In this document: in pieces, positions 40,801 through 51,784 of the stretch | How positions within the stretch are numbered: position 1 is the stretch's first letter | Layout of the letters: every line of letters starts with the position of its first letter | Source of the DNA: an uncultured Phycisphaerales bacterium | Lineage (GTDB): Bacteria; Planctomycetota; Phycisphaerae; Tepidisphaerales; Tepidisphaeraceae | Assembly: GCA_963755915.1 (NCBI GenBank) | Contig: CAVWLP010000003.1 | Location: 1,184,001-1,248,000, forward strand | DNA: 64,000 nt | Direction of reading: 5' to 3' | Program-made: the position numbers and the translations under genes | The notes under the pieces: model-generated | Databases searched by the model: none | The model's input: the letters and a program-made list of their open reading frames with translations, nothing else | Told to the model about the DNA's origin: nothing

Positions 40801-43380
40801 TCGTCGGCGGTGACGGTGGCGATTCCCTGGTTGAGGTTCAAGCCGCCGGAGAGGCCAGCGTTGTTGCCGCTGAGGGTGAGATCGCCGGGGCCGAAGGTGG
40901 TGAGGCCGCCGGTGCCGGTAATTTTTGCGGAGATGGTTGGGCTTCCGTTGCTGGAGTAGACGACGCCTTCAGCGCCGCCGAAGGCGAGAGCACCGTTGCC
41001 GGCGGAGTCTTCGATGGCCGCGCCATTGAGGATGATTCCGGCCTGTCCGGAGCCGCCGCCGACGGTGAGGGTGTTGCCTTCGAGGTCGATATTGAAACCG
41101 TTGTTTTGGATGGCATAGGCGGATTCAGGGCCGGCGAGAGCGACGGCAGCGGCGGGCTGGTAGACCGAAGTCGCGCCGAAGGAGGAGGTGTAAAGGGAAG
41201 CGGCGGAATTGAGTCCGGTGGTGTTGTTGTAGGTGAGGAAATCGCCGTCGGAGTTGCCCGCATTATCGCCGACGATGGAGGGGTTGACGATTCCGTTGGT
41301 GGTTGAGACACCGCCCTGGACGATGATCTGCATGGTTCCGCTGGTCCCGAGATTGGAGGCGAGGGTTGCGCCGGAGCCGTTGACGTAAAAGACGAGGGTT
41401 CCGTTTCCGGAGCGGCTGAGGACGGAGTTAGATGCTGCGCCCGAGCCGCCGATGGTGACGGTTTCGCTGGGGTTGCTGCCGTTCTTCACGCCGATGACGG
41501 CTCCGCCCGCGTAGGAGAGCTGGGTGGAGGAGGAGGCGTTGGCCAGTGCGTAAGCGATGGCCATCGTCGCGTTGTTGGGATTGAGAAAGAGGGTTGCGCC
41601 GCTGAGGGTGACGGCGCCGCTGCTGAGGGGGCTGCCGCTGGCGGCCATGTTGGCGAGGAGCGTAACGCCGTTGGTGATCGTGGTTCCGCCAGTGTAGGCC
41701 ATGGCGGTGCCGCCGAAAGTGACGGTGCCCGGGTTGGCGACGTAAACGGCGGAGATTCCCGTACCGGAGGTGGCAGCGTTGGTCGAGGGGGTATAGATGG
41801 TGGCGCCGCTTTCGTCGTCAAGACTGTCGTTGACGACAACGGCCGCTCCCGGAGCGGGGGTGAAGGAGAAGCTGGGAGCAAAGAGGTCGTTGGTTTGATT
41901 TCCGGAGGTGATCGTGCCGGAAGTAACAACGACGGCTCCGGTGGAAGCGCTGGAACCATTGAGGTTGAAGGTTCCGCCGTCGACGAGGACGGTGTTCTGG
42001 CCCTGGAGGTTGTCGCCGAGGGAGCCGAGGAGTTTCAGAGCCCTGCTGGACCTCGATGGGACCGGTGAAGGTTTCGTTGTTGGGGGCCGTGCCGTTATCT
42101 TCGAATTTGATGACTCCGGGCCCGGTTTTGATGATACCGCCGGTGCCGGAGATCACGCCTTCGAGCTGAATGTCGGTGGAGGTGGTTCCTGATTGGGTCG
42201 AGTAGAAAGTGCGGTTGACGGAGCCGAGGTCGATGGTTTTCTCATCGGACATGCTGAAGGTGGCGGTGGTGGAGTTGACGAAGAGGAGGCCGTCGGTGCC
42301 CGAGGGGCCGGTGCCTTCGAGGCCGACGCCGCCTTTGAACTTGGGGTCGCCGCTGTCGGAGACGACGCTATCGGAGCCGACGAGGATGAGGCCGAAGCCG
42401 CTCTGGGTGATGAGGTTGATGGAGCTGAGGCTGCTGGACTCGGTGAACATCCCGCCAGGGAGATCGGTGAGGGACTGGATGCTGGGGAAGGTTGAGGCGG
42501 GATAGGGGTTTCCGTTGTAGAACGGCTGAGAGAGGCTGGTGGCGACGCTGTAGTCGAAGTTGGGCGCGTCGGCGTTGTCACCGACGACGACACTGACGTT
42601 GGGCGAAATGCCGGTGGCGGTGGCGATATTGACCGTGCCGTTTTCGACGGTGAGGGTGCCGGTGTTGGTGCTGGCGGTGGCGGATTCGAACTGCCATTCG
42701 CCCGCGCCGGTTTTGATCATGTTGATCGCGGAGGCGGCGCCATTGACGATGGGCGCGAGGAACTGGTTGCTGGTGGAAGTAGAGGACCCGGTGAGATAGA
42801 CGGTCGGGGTCACGGTAGTTCCGGCGGAGATCTGGCCCTGAATCTTGAGGCCGGTGGTGGAGGAGTCGTTTTCGAAGACGAAGTTGGAAGCGCCATTGGC
42901 GGCTTCGAGAACGATGGGGTCGTTGATGGTGATGGAGTTTGCGGCACTCACGCTGGAAGTGACGTAAATGTCTCCGGTGCTGGGGGAAATGGTCCCGGTC
43001 CCGCCGGTGAGTTCGAGATTGTTGCCGGAGTCGGCGACTTGCCCGATGGTAAAGTTGGTGGCGCCGCCGGAGAATTCGACGGTTCCGAGGTCCCAGTTGC
43101 CGACGTCGAGGTTGACGACGTTGGAGCCAGGCGTGCTGTTGAAGATTGCGGTATCGGTGTTGGTGATGGAGCCGGTGTCGTTGCCGGGGACGGCGCTGTT
43201 CCAGTTGCCGACCTGTGACCAGTTGTTGCCGGCGCCGGCGTCAGTCCAGGTGGCGGTGGTGACGGCCAGAGCGTTTTTTGTATGGGTAAAAGAGACGGCG
43301 GCGGCAGCGACGGCGGCGGCGGTTGAGATGGCGCGCGCGCGGCGAGAATGACCTTTTTGCTGAAGATAGAACTTCCGCAT
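37884..43380 (-). CDS. Giant (~1830 aa) autotransporter-associated beta-strand repeat protein with dockerin-like cassette and PEP-CTERM; frameshift ~42035
   Basis: ORFs 41818..43392 and 37884..41702 join; repeated LTKxGxGxLxLxxx[31 protein letters not shown]. Confidence 0.85.
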
Positions 43381-43596
43381 GGAACCCTCCACGTAGATAA
43401 AATTTGCTTAGATAGTTCTCCGACTCACTGACTCGAAATATACCCCTTGTGGGCGGGATCGCCTTGTCAAAAGCTTTGCATAAAAAGAGGGAATTCGTTG
43501 CATTTTTTGGGGGCAACAAAGATTAAAAGGGCCAATAAAAGGGGCGTGCGCTGGAGGATTCGCGCACGCCGGAAAATCAGAGGAGTTTATTGCGGA

Positions 43597-44664
43597 TTAC
43601 GGGAGGCCGGGGAGACCTTTGATCCAACCCTGAGCAAACGGATTATTATCGGCGGGCGGGGGAGGGGGCGTAGACGCGGGCGGATTCAGAGGCCAGGGAG
43701 ATCCGGGCGTCCCGTAGGCTGCGTTCCAGTAATAAGGGAGCTGTGTCGTAGCGGGGGGGCCGATGTAGCAATCGTAGAAATCGCCCCAGCCCGAGTTGCC
43801 GGCGTAGGTGTAGGGCCACTGTCCGCCCACATGGGTGTAAGTATTGCCGGAGCCATTATATCCGGCAGCCACCGTATTTGTCGGAACGAGCATTTGAGTG
43901 TAGGGGTTGATGGTGGAGACATGCCCGTCGGCGGATAGGACGTTGCACATTTTCCCGCCGCCGTGGGGCGCGTACCCGCGATTTGGATCGCCCGTGCCCC
44001 CTGCGATTTGGTTATTGACGACAGTAGCCCAGGACTGGAAGTAGTCTTTATATCCTGCCGGCCAATTTTTGGTTCCGTTGAAGTTGGGTTTGACAGAGTC
44101 GGTGAGCAGAATGACGTTGCCGGGCACCTGGGTGATTTTTGGATTGGAAGCAACAGGGTAGATTCCGGTTGTGATGGCACCTCCAAACTTACTGACCCCC
44201 ATAAAGTAGTTGTAGATGTAGTCGCCGAAATAGAGACCGGCGTCACCAGAGGTTGCGGCGTACTGGGATTGCGGCGGATCCGTGCTGTGATCGGCCGCCG
44301 GATCGCGCAGGAGGCCAGCACAAATCGTCCAGTTTCCGATGTTGTAGCCATTGATTCCACTGGAGGCATTGGGATTTGTGGGAGCGCCGGCCTTGCCGAG
44401 TTCCATGCCAATGAGCTGATATTCCCACCAGTCGATTTCACCGCTGGTGATCTGGTAGTAACAGGGAAGGACGCACTGCTGATTGTCGCCGGCATACATC
44501 GTCCAGACGAGGTAGAACTGGCGTTCGTTGGAAGCGCAGGCGACGGTGTTGGCCTGATCGCGAGCTTTCTGGAGCGCGGGGAGAAGGATGCCAATGAGGA
44601 CGGCGATGATGCCGATCACGACCAGAAGCTCGACGAGAGTGAACGCCCGAATCCGCTTAGTCAT
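43597..44664 (-). CDS. DUF1559-like prepilin-type protein with H-X9-DG motif
   Basis: [57 protein letters not shown]. Confidence 0.9.
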   Translation of the reverse strand: MTKRIRAFTLVELLVVIGIIAVLIGILLPALQKARDQANTVACASNERQFYLVWTMYAGDNQQCVLPCYYQITSGEIDWWEYQLIGMELGKAGAPTNPNASSGINGYNIGNWTICAGLLRDPAADHSTDPPQSQYAATSGDAGLYFGDYIYNYFMGVSKFGGAITTGIYPVASNPKITQVPGNVILLTDSVKPNFNGTKNWPAGYKDYFQSWATVVNNQIAGGTGDPNRGYAPHGGGKMCNVLSADGHVSTINPYTQMLVPTNTVAAGYNGSGNTYTHVGGQWPYTYAGNSGWGDFYDCYIGPPATTQLPYYWNAAYGTPGSPWPLNPPASTPPPPPADNNPFAQGWIKGLPGLP

Positions 44665-44771
44665 AAGAGACCTCCGACAGACCGCGCCGACATGAAAATT
44701 GCGGCACCTCCGTACGCGCCCAACCCTACAACTTATACGTCGGGTAAGCCATCGCGTTTCCTGACAACTTT

Positions 44772-46790
44772 TTATGAAATCGTTGTACTTTTTGATGAAG
44801 AGATTGGGGCTGGATTGTCGGGGGCAATCGTTATGGGGCGAAGATCGGAATTGGAGTATTCGCCCACGCTTCCGTCGTCGCTGGAGTTGCGTTTCATCGT
44901 GGCCAGGCGGGTGAAGAAAAGGCGGAGATCGTTTATTCCGCCAACGCCGAACCAGAGGAGGGTGATGATGACCACCACGACGGGGATGATGATTCCGACG
45001 TAAAGCCAGTAGGAGGCCCAGAGGCTGGTGGGCCAGGGGCGGATGAAGTTCCAGATGGTGCCGACGAGGACGACGGCGAGCCAGAACATGGACCAGAAGA
45101 AGATGCCGCCGGAGACGATTTTGTCCCAGAAGGTGAAGTCTTCGTCGAAGCCGAGGAAGCGGGTCCAGTTGAGATTCATTTTGCGCTGTCGTGCGACGGC
45201 GGGGGTTTCGGCCTGGTCGTCGGCGACGGCGTATTTTCCGCGGTGAAGGAGGCGGTCCATGTCGAAATCTTCGCGGGAGGTGAGCAGAGAGATGAGGATG
45301 TAAACGACGGCGGCGGCGGCGGCGGCGATGAAGCGCGATTGATTCCCGTTGAAATTGAAATAGCGAGAGAGGGAGGGGATATCGTGGTGGATGAGGATGC
45401 TTCCAAGGGTGATGCCGGAGCCGGTGATCAGGGCGGCCCAGGCGGCGGAGGTGGTTCCTTTTTTCCAGTAGAGGCCGCCAACGATGGCAGCCCCCCCACC
45501 GCAGAGGAAGACGCCCTCAGTGACGAGCCACCACATGACGATGTCCATTTTCTGATGGAAGAAGGTGCTGAAGAGGAAAGCAAAGACGGCGACGCCGATG
45601 ACGGCGAGGCGGAGAAGAAGGACGTGGTGAGCGGGCTTCATCGGGGTTTTGCGCAAGGGAAGGACGATGTCCTGGATGAGGATTCCGCCCCAGGTAAGGA
45701 TGTGGCTGGCGTCGCCGGACATGAGGGTCAGGACCATGATGAGGCAGAAGAGCCCTTTGACGCCGACGGGGAGCATATAGCGCAGCGCGATGGGGACCTG
45801 CATCTGGGAGCGGACTTCGGGGTCGGAGATGGCGGCGATGGCATTTTTGCCTGGAAAATGGGGGGATTTCATGAAGGTCATGGCGCCCAGGACCAGGACG
45901 ACGAGCATGACGTTGCGGGCCATCGTGCGCCAGTAGCCGAGGACGAGGCCCATGCGGGATTCATGGGGATTGCGGGCGGCGGAGGCGAAGGAATTGTCCT
46001 TCTGGACGGCGTTGGTGCCGTAGATGAGGGTGAGCAGGACCATGATCGCGTACCAGGCGTTGTAGTCCTTGGTCTTGGTCTGATCGAAGGGATTGACCAG
46101 TGAGTTGCCGGGCGGGGCGCTGGTGATGGTGGCGCGCATTTCCGGCCAACTGATGACGCAGAAGATGGCGGCGATGACGATGACCCAGACGAGGTGGGAG
46201 ACGATGCCTTCGATGCAATCGGTGACCATGAGGGTGATCTGCCCGCCGACGAGCATCATGGTCAGGGTGCAACTGAGATAGGCGGCCATGATGAGGCAGT
46301 TGGTGGGGACGGCGAAGCCGAAGGGGTGGACTTTTTCGGGGAGGTTGAGGAAGTAGACGAAGAAGGTGGAAGAGACGGCGGGGAAGATGCCGTAGTTGAG
46401 GATGCCGGAGAGGAAACCGAGCACGCCGGCGAAGAGGCGGAAGCGGCGGGAATAGCGCATCTCGAAGAACTGGCCGAGGGTCATGGCGCGGGTCTGGCGA
46501 TAGCGATAGACGACGAAGCCGAAGATGGCGACGAGGAGGAGTACGGGAGTGGAAAGAGAATCCCACCAGGAGAGGCAGAAACCGGCGGCGAGAAGAGGCT
46601 GGAACTTGGCGAGGGTATTGGCGATGCCGGTGGAGGCCTGGCCCTTGGAATTGCAAAGGATGTAGCGGCCGGCGGCCCGTCCACCGGCGACGAAGTCGGC
46701 AACGGATTTGACGTAGCGTCGGGTGTAGACCGCGCAGGCGATCACGAAGAGGATGGGCAGGACGGTGAGGATCCAGTCGATCGGATGCAT
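44772..46790 (-). CDS. Sodium:solute symporter (SSS) family transporter
   Basis: [41 protein letters not shown]; many TM helices. Confidence 0.9.
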   Translation of the reverse strand: MHPIDWILTVLPILFVIACAVYTRRYVKSVADFVAGGRAAGRYILCNSKGQASTGIANTLAKFQPLLAAGFCLSWWDSLSTPVLLLVAIFGFVVYRYRQTRAMTLGQFFEMRYSRRFRLFAGVLGFLSGILNYGIFPAVSSTFFVYFLNLPEKVHPFGFAVPTNCLIMAAYLSCTLTMMLVGGQITLMVTDCIEGIVSHLVWVIVIAAIFCVISWPEMRATITSAPPGNSLVNPFDQTKTKDYNAWYAIMVLLTLIYGTNAVQKDNSFASAARNPHESRMGLVLGYWRTMARNVMLVVLVLGAMTFMKSPHFPGKNAIAAISDPEVRSQMQVPIALRYMLPVGVKGLFCLIMVLTLMSGDASHILTWGGILIQDIVLPLRKTPMKPAHHVLLLRLAVIGVAVFAFLFSTFFHQKMDIVMWWLVTEGVFLCGGGAAIVGGLYWKKGTTSAAWAALITGSGITLGSILIHHDIPSLSRYFNFNGNQSRFIAAAAAAVVYILISLLTSREDFDMDRLLHRGKYAVADDQAETPAVARQRKMNLNWTRFLGFDEDFTFWDKIVSGGIFFWSMFWLAVVLVGTIWNFIRPWPTSLWASYWLYVGIIIPVVVVIITLLWFGVGGINDLRLFFTRLATMKRNSSDDGSVGEYSNSDLRPITIAPDNPAPISSSKSTTIS

Positions 46791-47042
46791 GAAGCAGTCG
46801 CCAAGTGCTTGTCGTTGAAATCGTTGCCGCGCTTGCGGGGATTATCACCTTTCGGGGGCGGGTGAGCCAAGCATTTCAAAATGTACAAAGGATTTGTCAA
46901 TGATTGTCAGCCGGGGGAAGCAAGAGCGGGTTAAGATGAAGCTTGCCATTGGAATAGGTTGGAGTTCACGAGAAGGTTGATTTGGCGCGTTTGATTCGGC
47001 CCGTTTTGTAGCTTGTGCTGAATTTTGCGAGGGAAACAACTT

Positions 47043-50000
47043 ATGTTGCGGAGAAATGCAGGGGGCGAGGCACTGCGCGGTGGGGATTCATCTTCAAAAT
47101 CTGCGAAGCGTCGGCGGATTTATTCGGCGACGCGGATTGAGGCGGTCGAGAGCCGCATCATGCTCTCGCTTCCGCCTCTGCCGGTGATTCCGACAGGCGC
47201 TGGGCACTTGTTTGAGGTGACGTCCTACGGCGCGGTGGGGAACGGATCGACCAACGACACCGCGGACATCCAGGCGGCGATCAACGCGGCTTCGAATGCG
47301 GGTGGGGGAATCGTTGAATTCACCGCGGCGAGCGGCGCATATGAATCCGGCGAGCTCACGATGGCCAGCAACGTGGATCTACAGATCGATTCGGGGGCCG
47401 AATTGCAGGCGGTGAGCTCGCTTGCGTCGTCCAGCACGTTTATTTCATGCAGTCACACCAGCAATTTTGAAATTACCGGTTTGGGAAGCGGGTCGAGCAT
47501 GGGGCGCATTGACGGGAACAACGGGGGCGTGGCGGCCAGCCTGAACATGATTACGCTCAACGACGTGAATATTGGGCTGATCCAGAACGTGCAGATTACG
47601 AACTCTCCGCACGAGCATATCAACGGCAGCGGGGGAAGCGATAACGATGTAACGATCAACGGGGTGGTGATCAATACGGGCTCAGCAGTGGGGCAGACGG
47701 ATGGGATCGATCCGCAGGGAACGAACTGGCTGATTGAGAACTGCACGATTTCCGATGGGGACGATGATATTGCGGTGAAGCCGGAATCGGTTTTCTGCTC
47801 CAATATCATCGTAGAAAATTGCACAATTCTGTCGGGACACGGGATTTCGGTGGGCGGGGAGACGAACGCCGGATTGAACGGATTTTATGTGAACAACGTG
47901 ACGTTCAACGGGACGACGAACGGGCTGAGGCTGAAGGCGGACGTAGGGAACGGGGGCGTGGTGGAGAACGTGGCTTTCTCCAACATCACGATGACGAACG
48001 TGCAGTATCCGATTCTGGTGGACAGCTATTACAACCAGAGCAACGATATCCCGACGAGTCCAACGAGCGTGACGTATTCAGCGTACGTGGCGGAGAGCAC
48101 GCCGCTGTGGGAAAACGTGATTTTCGCGAACGTGACGTCGACGAATACGGCGAGCAATTCGGTGGCGGGGATCATTTACGGGCTGCCCGAGGCGCTGGCG
48201 ACGAATTTTGATTTTGTGAACGTGAAGATTTCGGCGCATGTTGGCATGCAGATCGACTATGCCAGCGGGATGTATTTCGATGCGAACACGAAATTCACGG
48301 CAGCCAGCGGGAGCGATGTTTTCGGGTCGACGACGGGATCGCCGACGTTTCCGAATCCTTATGATTCGGTGGACATGGCGGCGGGGTATGCGAATGCGGA
48401 CATCGGGTCGCCGACGGTGCCGAACGAAACTTCAGAGGCGATTTACGATCCGGGTTCGACGCAGTGGACGATCATGGGGGATGGGGGCGGATTTTCGGGG
48501 TCGAGCGATCAGTTTAATTCGTCGTTTGGGAATGTCATCGGGAACGCGACAGAGGAGGCGGAGCTGACGAGCCTGAGCGCGGTGAGCGGGGCGACGCCGA
48601 TTGCGGGGGTGATGTTCCGGAACAGCAACAGCGCGACGGATCCGTTTGTGGCGATGGTGCAGACACAGGGGGGCATAATTGATTTTGAATACCGGACGAC
48701 GGCGAGCGGCGCTGTGGCGGTGGGCAATACTTTCATTGCGACGGTGGGGACGTATTACCTGGAGATCACGCGGTCGGGGAGCACGTTTACGGGGTCTTAC
48801 AGCACGAACGGGACGAACTGGACAACGCTGGGAACGATATCGATCGCCGGCATCGGGACGGATGCGAAGGCGGGTCTGGCGGTGACCTCCAGCAGCAACG
48901 GGAACGAGACGACGGCGCTGTTTTCACATGTTTCCGTGCTGACGGGGCCGAGCGTTGCGACGGCGGCGTCGGCCAATCCGAACGCGACGAATGGGCTGAC
49001 GACGAGCCTGAGCGTACTGGGATCGGAGAACGGAACCGATAGCGGGTTCACCTATATCTGGCAGTCGGGGACTCCCGGGGCGGCGCAGGTGCTCTACACA
49101 GACAACGATACGAATACGGCGAAGAATAATACGGCCACGTTCCCGGCGACGGGGACGTATCCGATGACGGCACTGATTATCGATCCGCTCGGGCTGAGCA
49201 CGAGCAGCTCATTTTCGCTGGCGGTGGACAGCGTCTATGCGGCGCTCTCGGGGTCGACGCTGGATATCACGCTTAACGGGAACGGCGCGGTTTCGCTGAG
49301 CGGGTCGGGAAGCACGGTGACGGCTTCGCAGAACGGGGGCTCGGTGAATTTCACCGGCGTAACCAATATCGTGGTGACGGATTCGGGGACGGGCGATACG
49401 CTGAATTTCAACGGCGGACTGACGACGCCAATCACGTTTACGGGGATGGGAAGTTCGACGGTGAATGTGAACGGGGGAACGCTGAATTTCGCATCCGCGG
49501 CGACGATTGCGCTGGGGGTGCTGAATATCAATACCGCAGCGCTGGCGGCGGTACCGGTGAATTCCTCGGCACAAACGCAGCTTCTGCTGAATGGGCTTTC
49601 GATCAACGGCGGGACGCTGGATTTAAGCGATAACGAGATGTTTATCACCTACGGCAGCGGAAGCGACCCGATGTCGATGATCTATAGCTATCTCCAGTCG
49701 GGCTATAACAACGGCGATTGGAATGGGACGGGGATTATCTCGACATCGGCGCAGACGCCGACGAATGGATTGAACTATGGGCTGGGGTTCTCGGACGGGA
49801 AAGATGGAGTTGTGAGCGGATTGTCGTCGGGACAGATCGAGGTGAAGTATACGCTGGTGGGAGATACGAACCTGGACGGGACAGTGAACGGGACGGACTT
49901 CAGCATCCTGGCGGGGAATTTTGGGCTGGGGTATACGAACTGGGACCAGGGTAACTTTTTGTTCGGGTCGTCGGTGAATGGGTCGGATTTCTCGGCGTTG

Positions 50001-50258
50001 TCCGCGAACTTTGGGCAGGGAGCGGTGCTGCCTGCGGTGGCAATCGTTGAAGCGCCGGAGGTGCCGGTGATCGTGACGACGACGAGTACAACCGCTGCTG
50101 CGTCGACGAGCACGCCTGCAACGTCAACCGGGACGGGAAAGACGACCGTGGCGGCGGCGACGAGCAGCAATGGAAGCCAGACAACGGATTCGGGGGATTC
50201 GACGACTGGCGATGTGATGCGGCAGGTACTGAAGAAGCAATCGAAGCATAGGGGTTAG
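47043..50258 (+). CDS. GH28 polygalacturonase with planctomycete extracellular motif, beta-sandwich domain and dockerin-like cassette (no PEP-CTERM)
   Basis: [63 protein letters not shown]. Confidence 0.88.
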   Translation: MLRRNAGGEALRGGDSSSKSAKRRRIYSATRIEAVESRIMLSLPPLPVIPTGAGHLFEVTSYGAVGNGSTNDTADIQAAINAASNAGGGIVEFTAASGAYESGELTMASNVDLQIDSGAELQAVSSLASSSTFISCSHTSNFEITGLGSGSSMGRIDGNNGGVAASLNMITLNDVNIGLIQNVQITNSPHEHINGSGGSDNDVTINGVVINTGSAVGQTDGIDPQGTNWLIENCTISDGDDDIAVKPESVFCSNIIVENCTILSGHGISVGGETNAGLNGFYVNNVTFNGTTNGLRLKADVGNGGVVENVAFSNITMTNVQYPILVDSYYNQSNDIPTSPTSVTYSAYVAESTPLWENVIFANVTSTNTASNSVAGIIYGLPEALATNFDFVNVKISAHVGMQIDYASGMYFDANTKFTAASGSDVFGSTTGSPTFPNPYDSVDMAAGYANADIGSPTVPNETSEAIYDPGSTQWTIMGDGGGFSGSSDQFNSSFGNVIGNATEEAELTSLSAVSGATPIAGVMFRNSNSATDPFVAMVQTQGGIIDFEYRTTASGAVAVGNTFIATVGTYYLEITRSGSTFTGSYSTNGTNWTTLGTISIAGIGTDAKAGLAVTSSSNGNETTALFSHVSVLTGPSVATAASANPNATNGLTTSLSVLGSENGTDSGFTYIWQSGTPGAAQVLYTDNDTNTAKNNTATFPATGTYPMTALIIDPLGLSTSSSFSLAVDSVYAALSGSTLDITLNGNGAVSLSGSGSTVTASQNGGSVNFTGVTNIVVTDSGTGDTLNFNGGLTTPITFTGMGSSTVNVNGGTLNFASAATIALGVLNINTAALAAVPVNSSAQTQLLLNGLSINGGTLDLSDNEMFITYGSGSDPMSMIYSYLQSGYNNGDWNGTGIISTSAQTPTNGLNYGLGFSDGKDGVVSGLSSGQIEVKYTLVGDTNLDGTVNGTDFSILAGNFGLGYTNWDQGNFLFGSSVNGSDFSALSANFGQGAVLPAVAIVEAPEVPVIVTTTSTTAAASTSTPATSTGTGKTTVAAATSSNGSQTTDSGDSTTGDVMRQVLKKQSKHRG

Positions 50259-50308
50259 CAGAACGAAGACAGCGAAGTATTGAGCGGGCTGATCTTTGTT
50301 GCGGGCCA

Positions 50309-50345
50309 TTGTCGCAAATTATTCGCCGAAAGTCGTAAAATAGAC
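50309..50345 (+). promoter_or_regulatory. Candidate XylR-type direct repeat
   Basis: TTGTCGCAAATTATTCGCCGAAAGTCGTAAAA (50312/50333, 21 bp apart); no -10 at the usual distance. Confidence 0.4.
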
Positions 50346-50581
50346 GGCCAATAATACCGAGAAAAGCAGGCGTTTCTGCCGGATTTTGGAGCCATTTTGG
50401 CGGATTATGACGGCTGTCCGGGCGGGGTGGCTGACGAAAACAGCCTGAAATCGTGTGCAAAACGTGCAACTTTATTCGCCATTTAATGCAAAGGTTCGCG
50501 GATGCGTTTTTCGCAAATTGGGGTATGTTCATTTTGACCAGTATCAGATCGACATGTCCTATTTACGAGAGGAGCGGGCTA

Positions 50582-51655
50582 ATGCGAGGAATTTCGAAGG
50601 GTAGTCGCGGGTTTCGGGTATTAGCGGGGGCAAGCATTGCGGGATTGGCCGCGATGTACCCTGCGAAGTCGATTGCGTCGCTGTTGCCAGTGTCGGTTAT
50701 GGACGACACTTTCACCAATGGCAGCACGGTTGACAGTGCGTCGCAGTCTTACAACAACACGGCGTCGCCGACTTCGGATTCGACGAACTATGACATTGCC
50801 TCGAGCAAGAGCTCGACAGCATCGACCTCGGGGACGATTCCCAACGGCGGGCCGCTGAAGCTTATCACGGTAAGCAGTACGTCAGGGATCACGCAGGCCG
50901 CGGCGGTGTTTACGAGCACGCCAGTTGTGCTGCAGAACGTTGGGGATGAGATCGAGCTGACGGTTTCGTTCACGAACACAGCGGCGGTTGATACCTCCGC
51001 GTTTTCAAGTGCCGCGGTATATCTGGGACTTTATAGTTCTGGTGGAGCGACCCCCTATAACAACATGGGCAACGGCAGCAGCAGCGTCAATACGATCACA
51101 GGGCTGAATAATACGGAGATCAGCGACAACACCGGCGGCACACAAAACTGGGTGGGTTACGAGACGGACTACTTTGGGGGAAGCAAGCCGAAGATTTATT
51201 CCCGCCCGGCGCAGGCAACCACGACGACTAATGTTGATCAAGCGCTCGTGGGGACGGGCCAGACCGGCGGATATGCGACGGCAGGCACACAGTCGACGTA
51301 TACCAGCGAGAGCTCGACGGAAGCGTATCTCACGACAGGAGACGTGTACACAGACGAGATTACGATCACGCTCAGCGCGGCGGACATCTATACGATCACG
51401 CAGGCCATATATAACGGATCCACCGACACGGGCACGGAAATCGGCACGACGACCTCCGGTCCATTGGCGGCCCTGGGCGCTGGCGCTGGGTTTGACGGCC
51501 TGGCCATCGGCTACCGCGAAACAGCTGGGGGGACAGGCGAGGAAATGGACATCAACGCGGTTGATGTGACGACGACGGTTCCCGAGCCGGCTACGATCGG
51601 GCTCCTGGGGCTGGCCGGCGCGGGGTTGCTGGCCCGGCGGCGGCGAAAGGCCTGA
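50582..51655 (+). CDS. PEP-CTERM protein, Ser/Thr-rich
   Basis: GAGGAG RBS, signal peptide, [25 protein letters not shown]. Confidence 0.9.
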   Translation: MRGISKGSRGFRVLAGASIAGLAAMYPAKSIASLLPVSVMDDTFTNGSTVDSASQSYNNTASPTSDSTNYDIASSKSSTASTSGTIPNGGPLKLITVSSTSGITQAAAVFTSTPVVLQNVGDEIELTVSFTNTAAVDTSAFSSAAVYLGLYSSGGATPYNNMGNGSSSVNTITGLNNTEISDNTGGTQNWVGYETDYFGGSKPKIYSRPAQATTTTNVDQALVGTGQTGGYATAGTQSTYTSESSTEAYLTTGDVYTDEITITLSAADIYTITQAIYNGSTDTGTEIGTTTSGPLAALGAGAGFDGLAIGYRETAGGTGEEMDINAVDVTTTVPEPATIGLLGLAGAGLLARRRRKA

Positions 51656-51693
51656 TTCAGCGGCGTCTGATTCGGGAAATCTGAATTTGCATT

Positions 51694-51725
51694 GAAGAGC
51701 CGGCATTTTCCATGCCGGCTTTTTC
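51694..51725 (+). terminator. Intrinsic terminator
   Basis: GAAGAGCCGGCAT-TTTCC-ATGCCGGCTTTTTC. Confidence 0.8.
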
Positions 51726-51784
51726 ATTTGGCGCGGTGGGACTTTGGGCTATGCTGCCCGTCTGTCCCGCCGGTGACATTTGCG

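Noticed and set aside
985-50020. Repeated dockerin-cassette DNA as DGR template/variable repeats
   Set aside because: All copies are coding, differences are mostly synonymous rather than adenine-specific, and there is no DGR-type RT.
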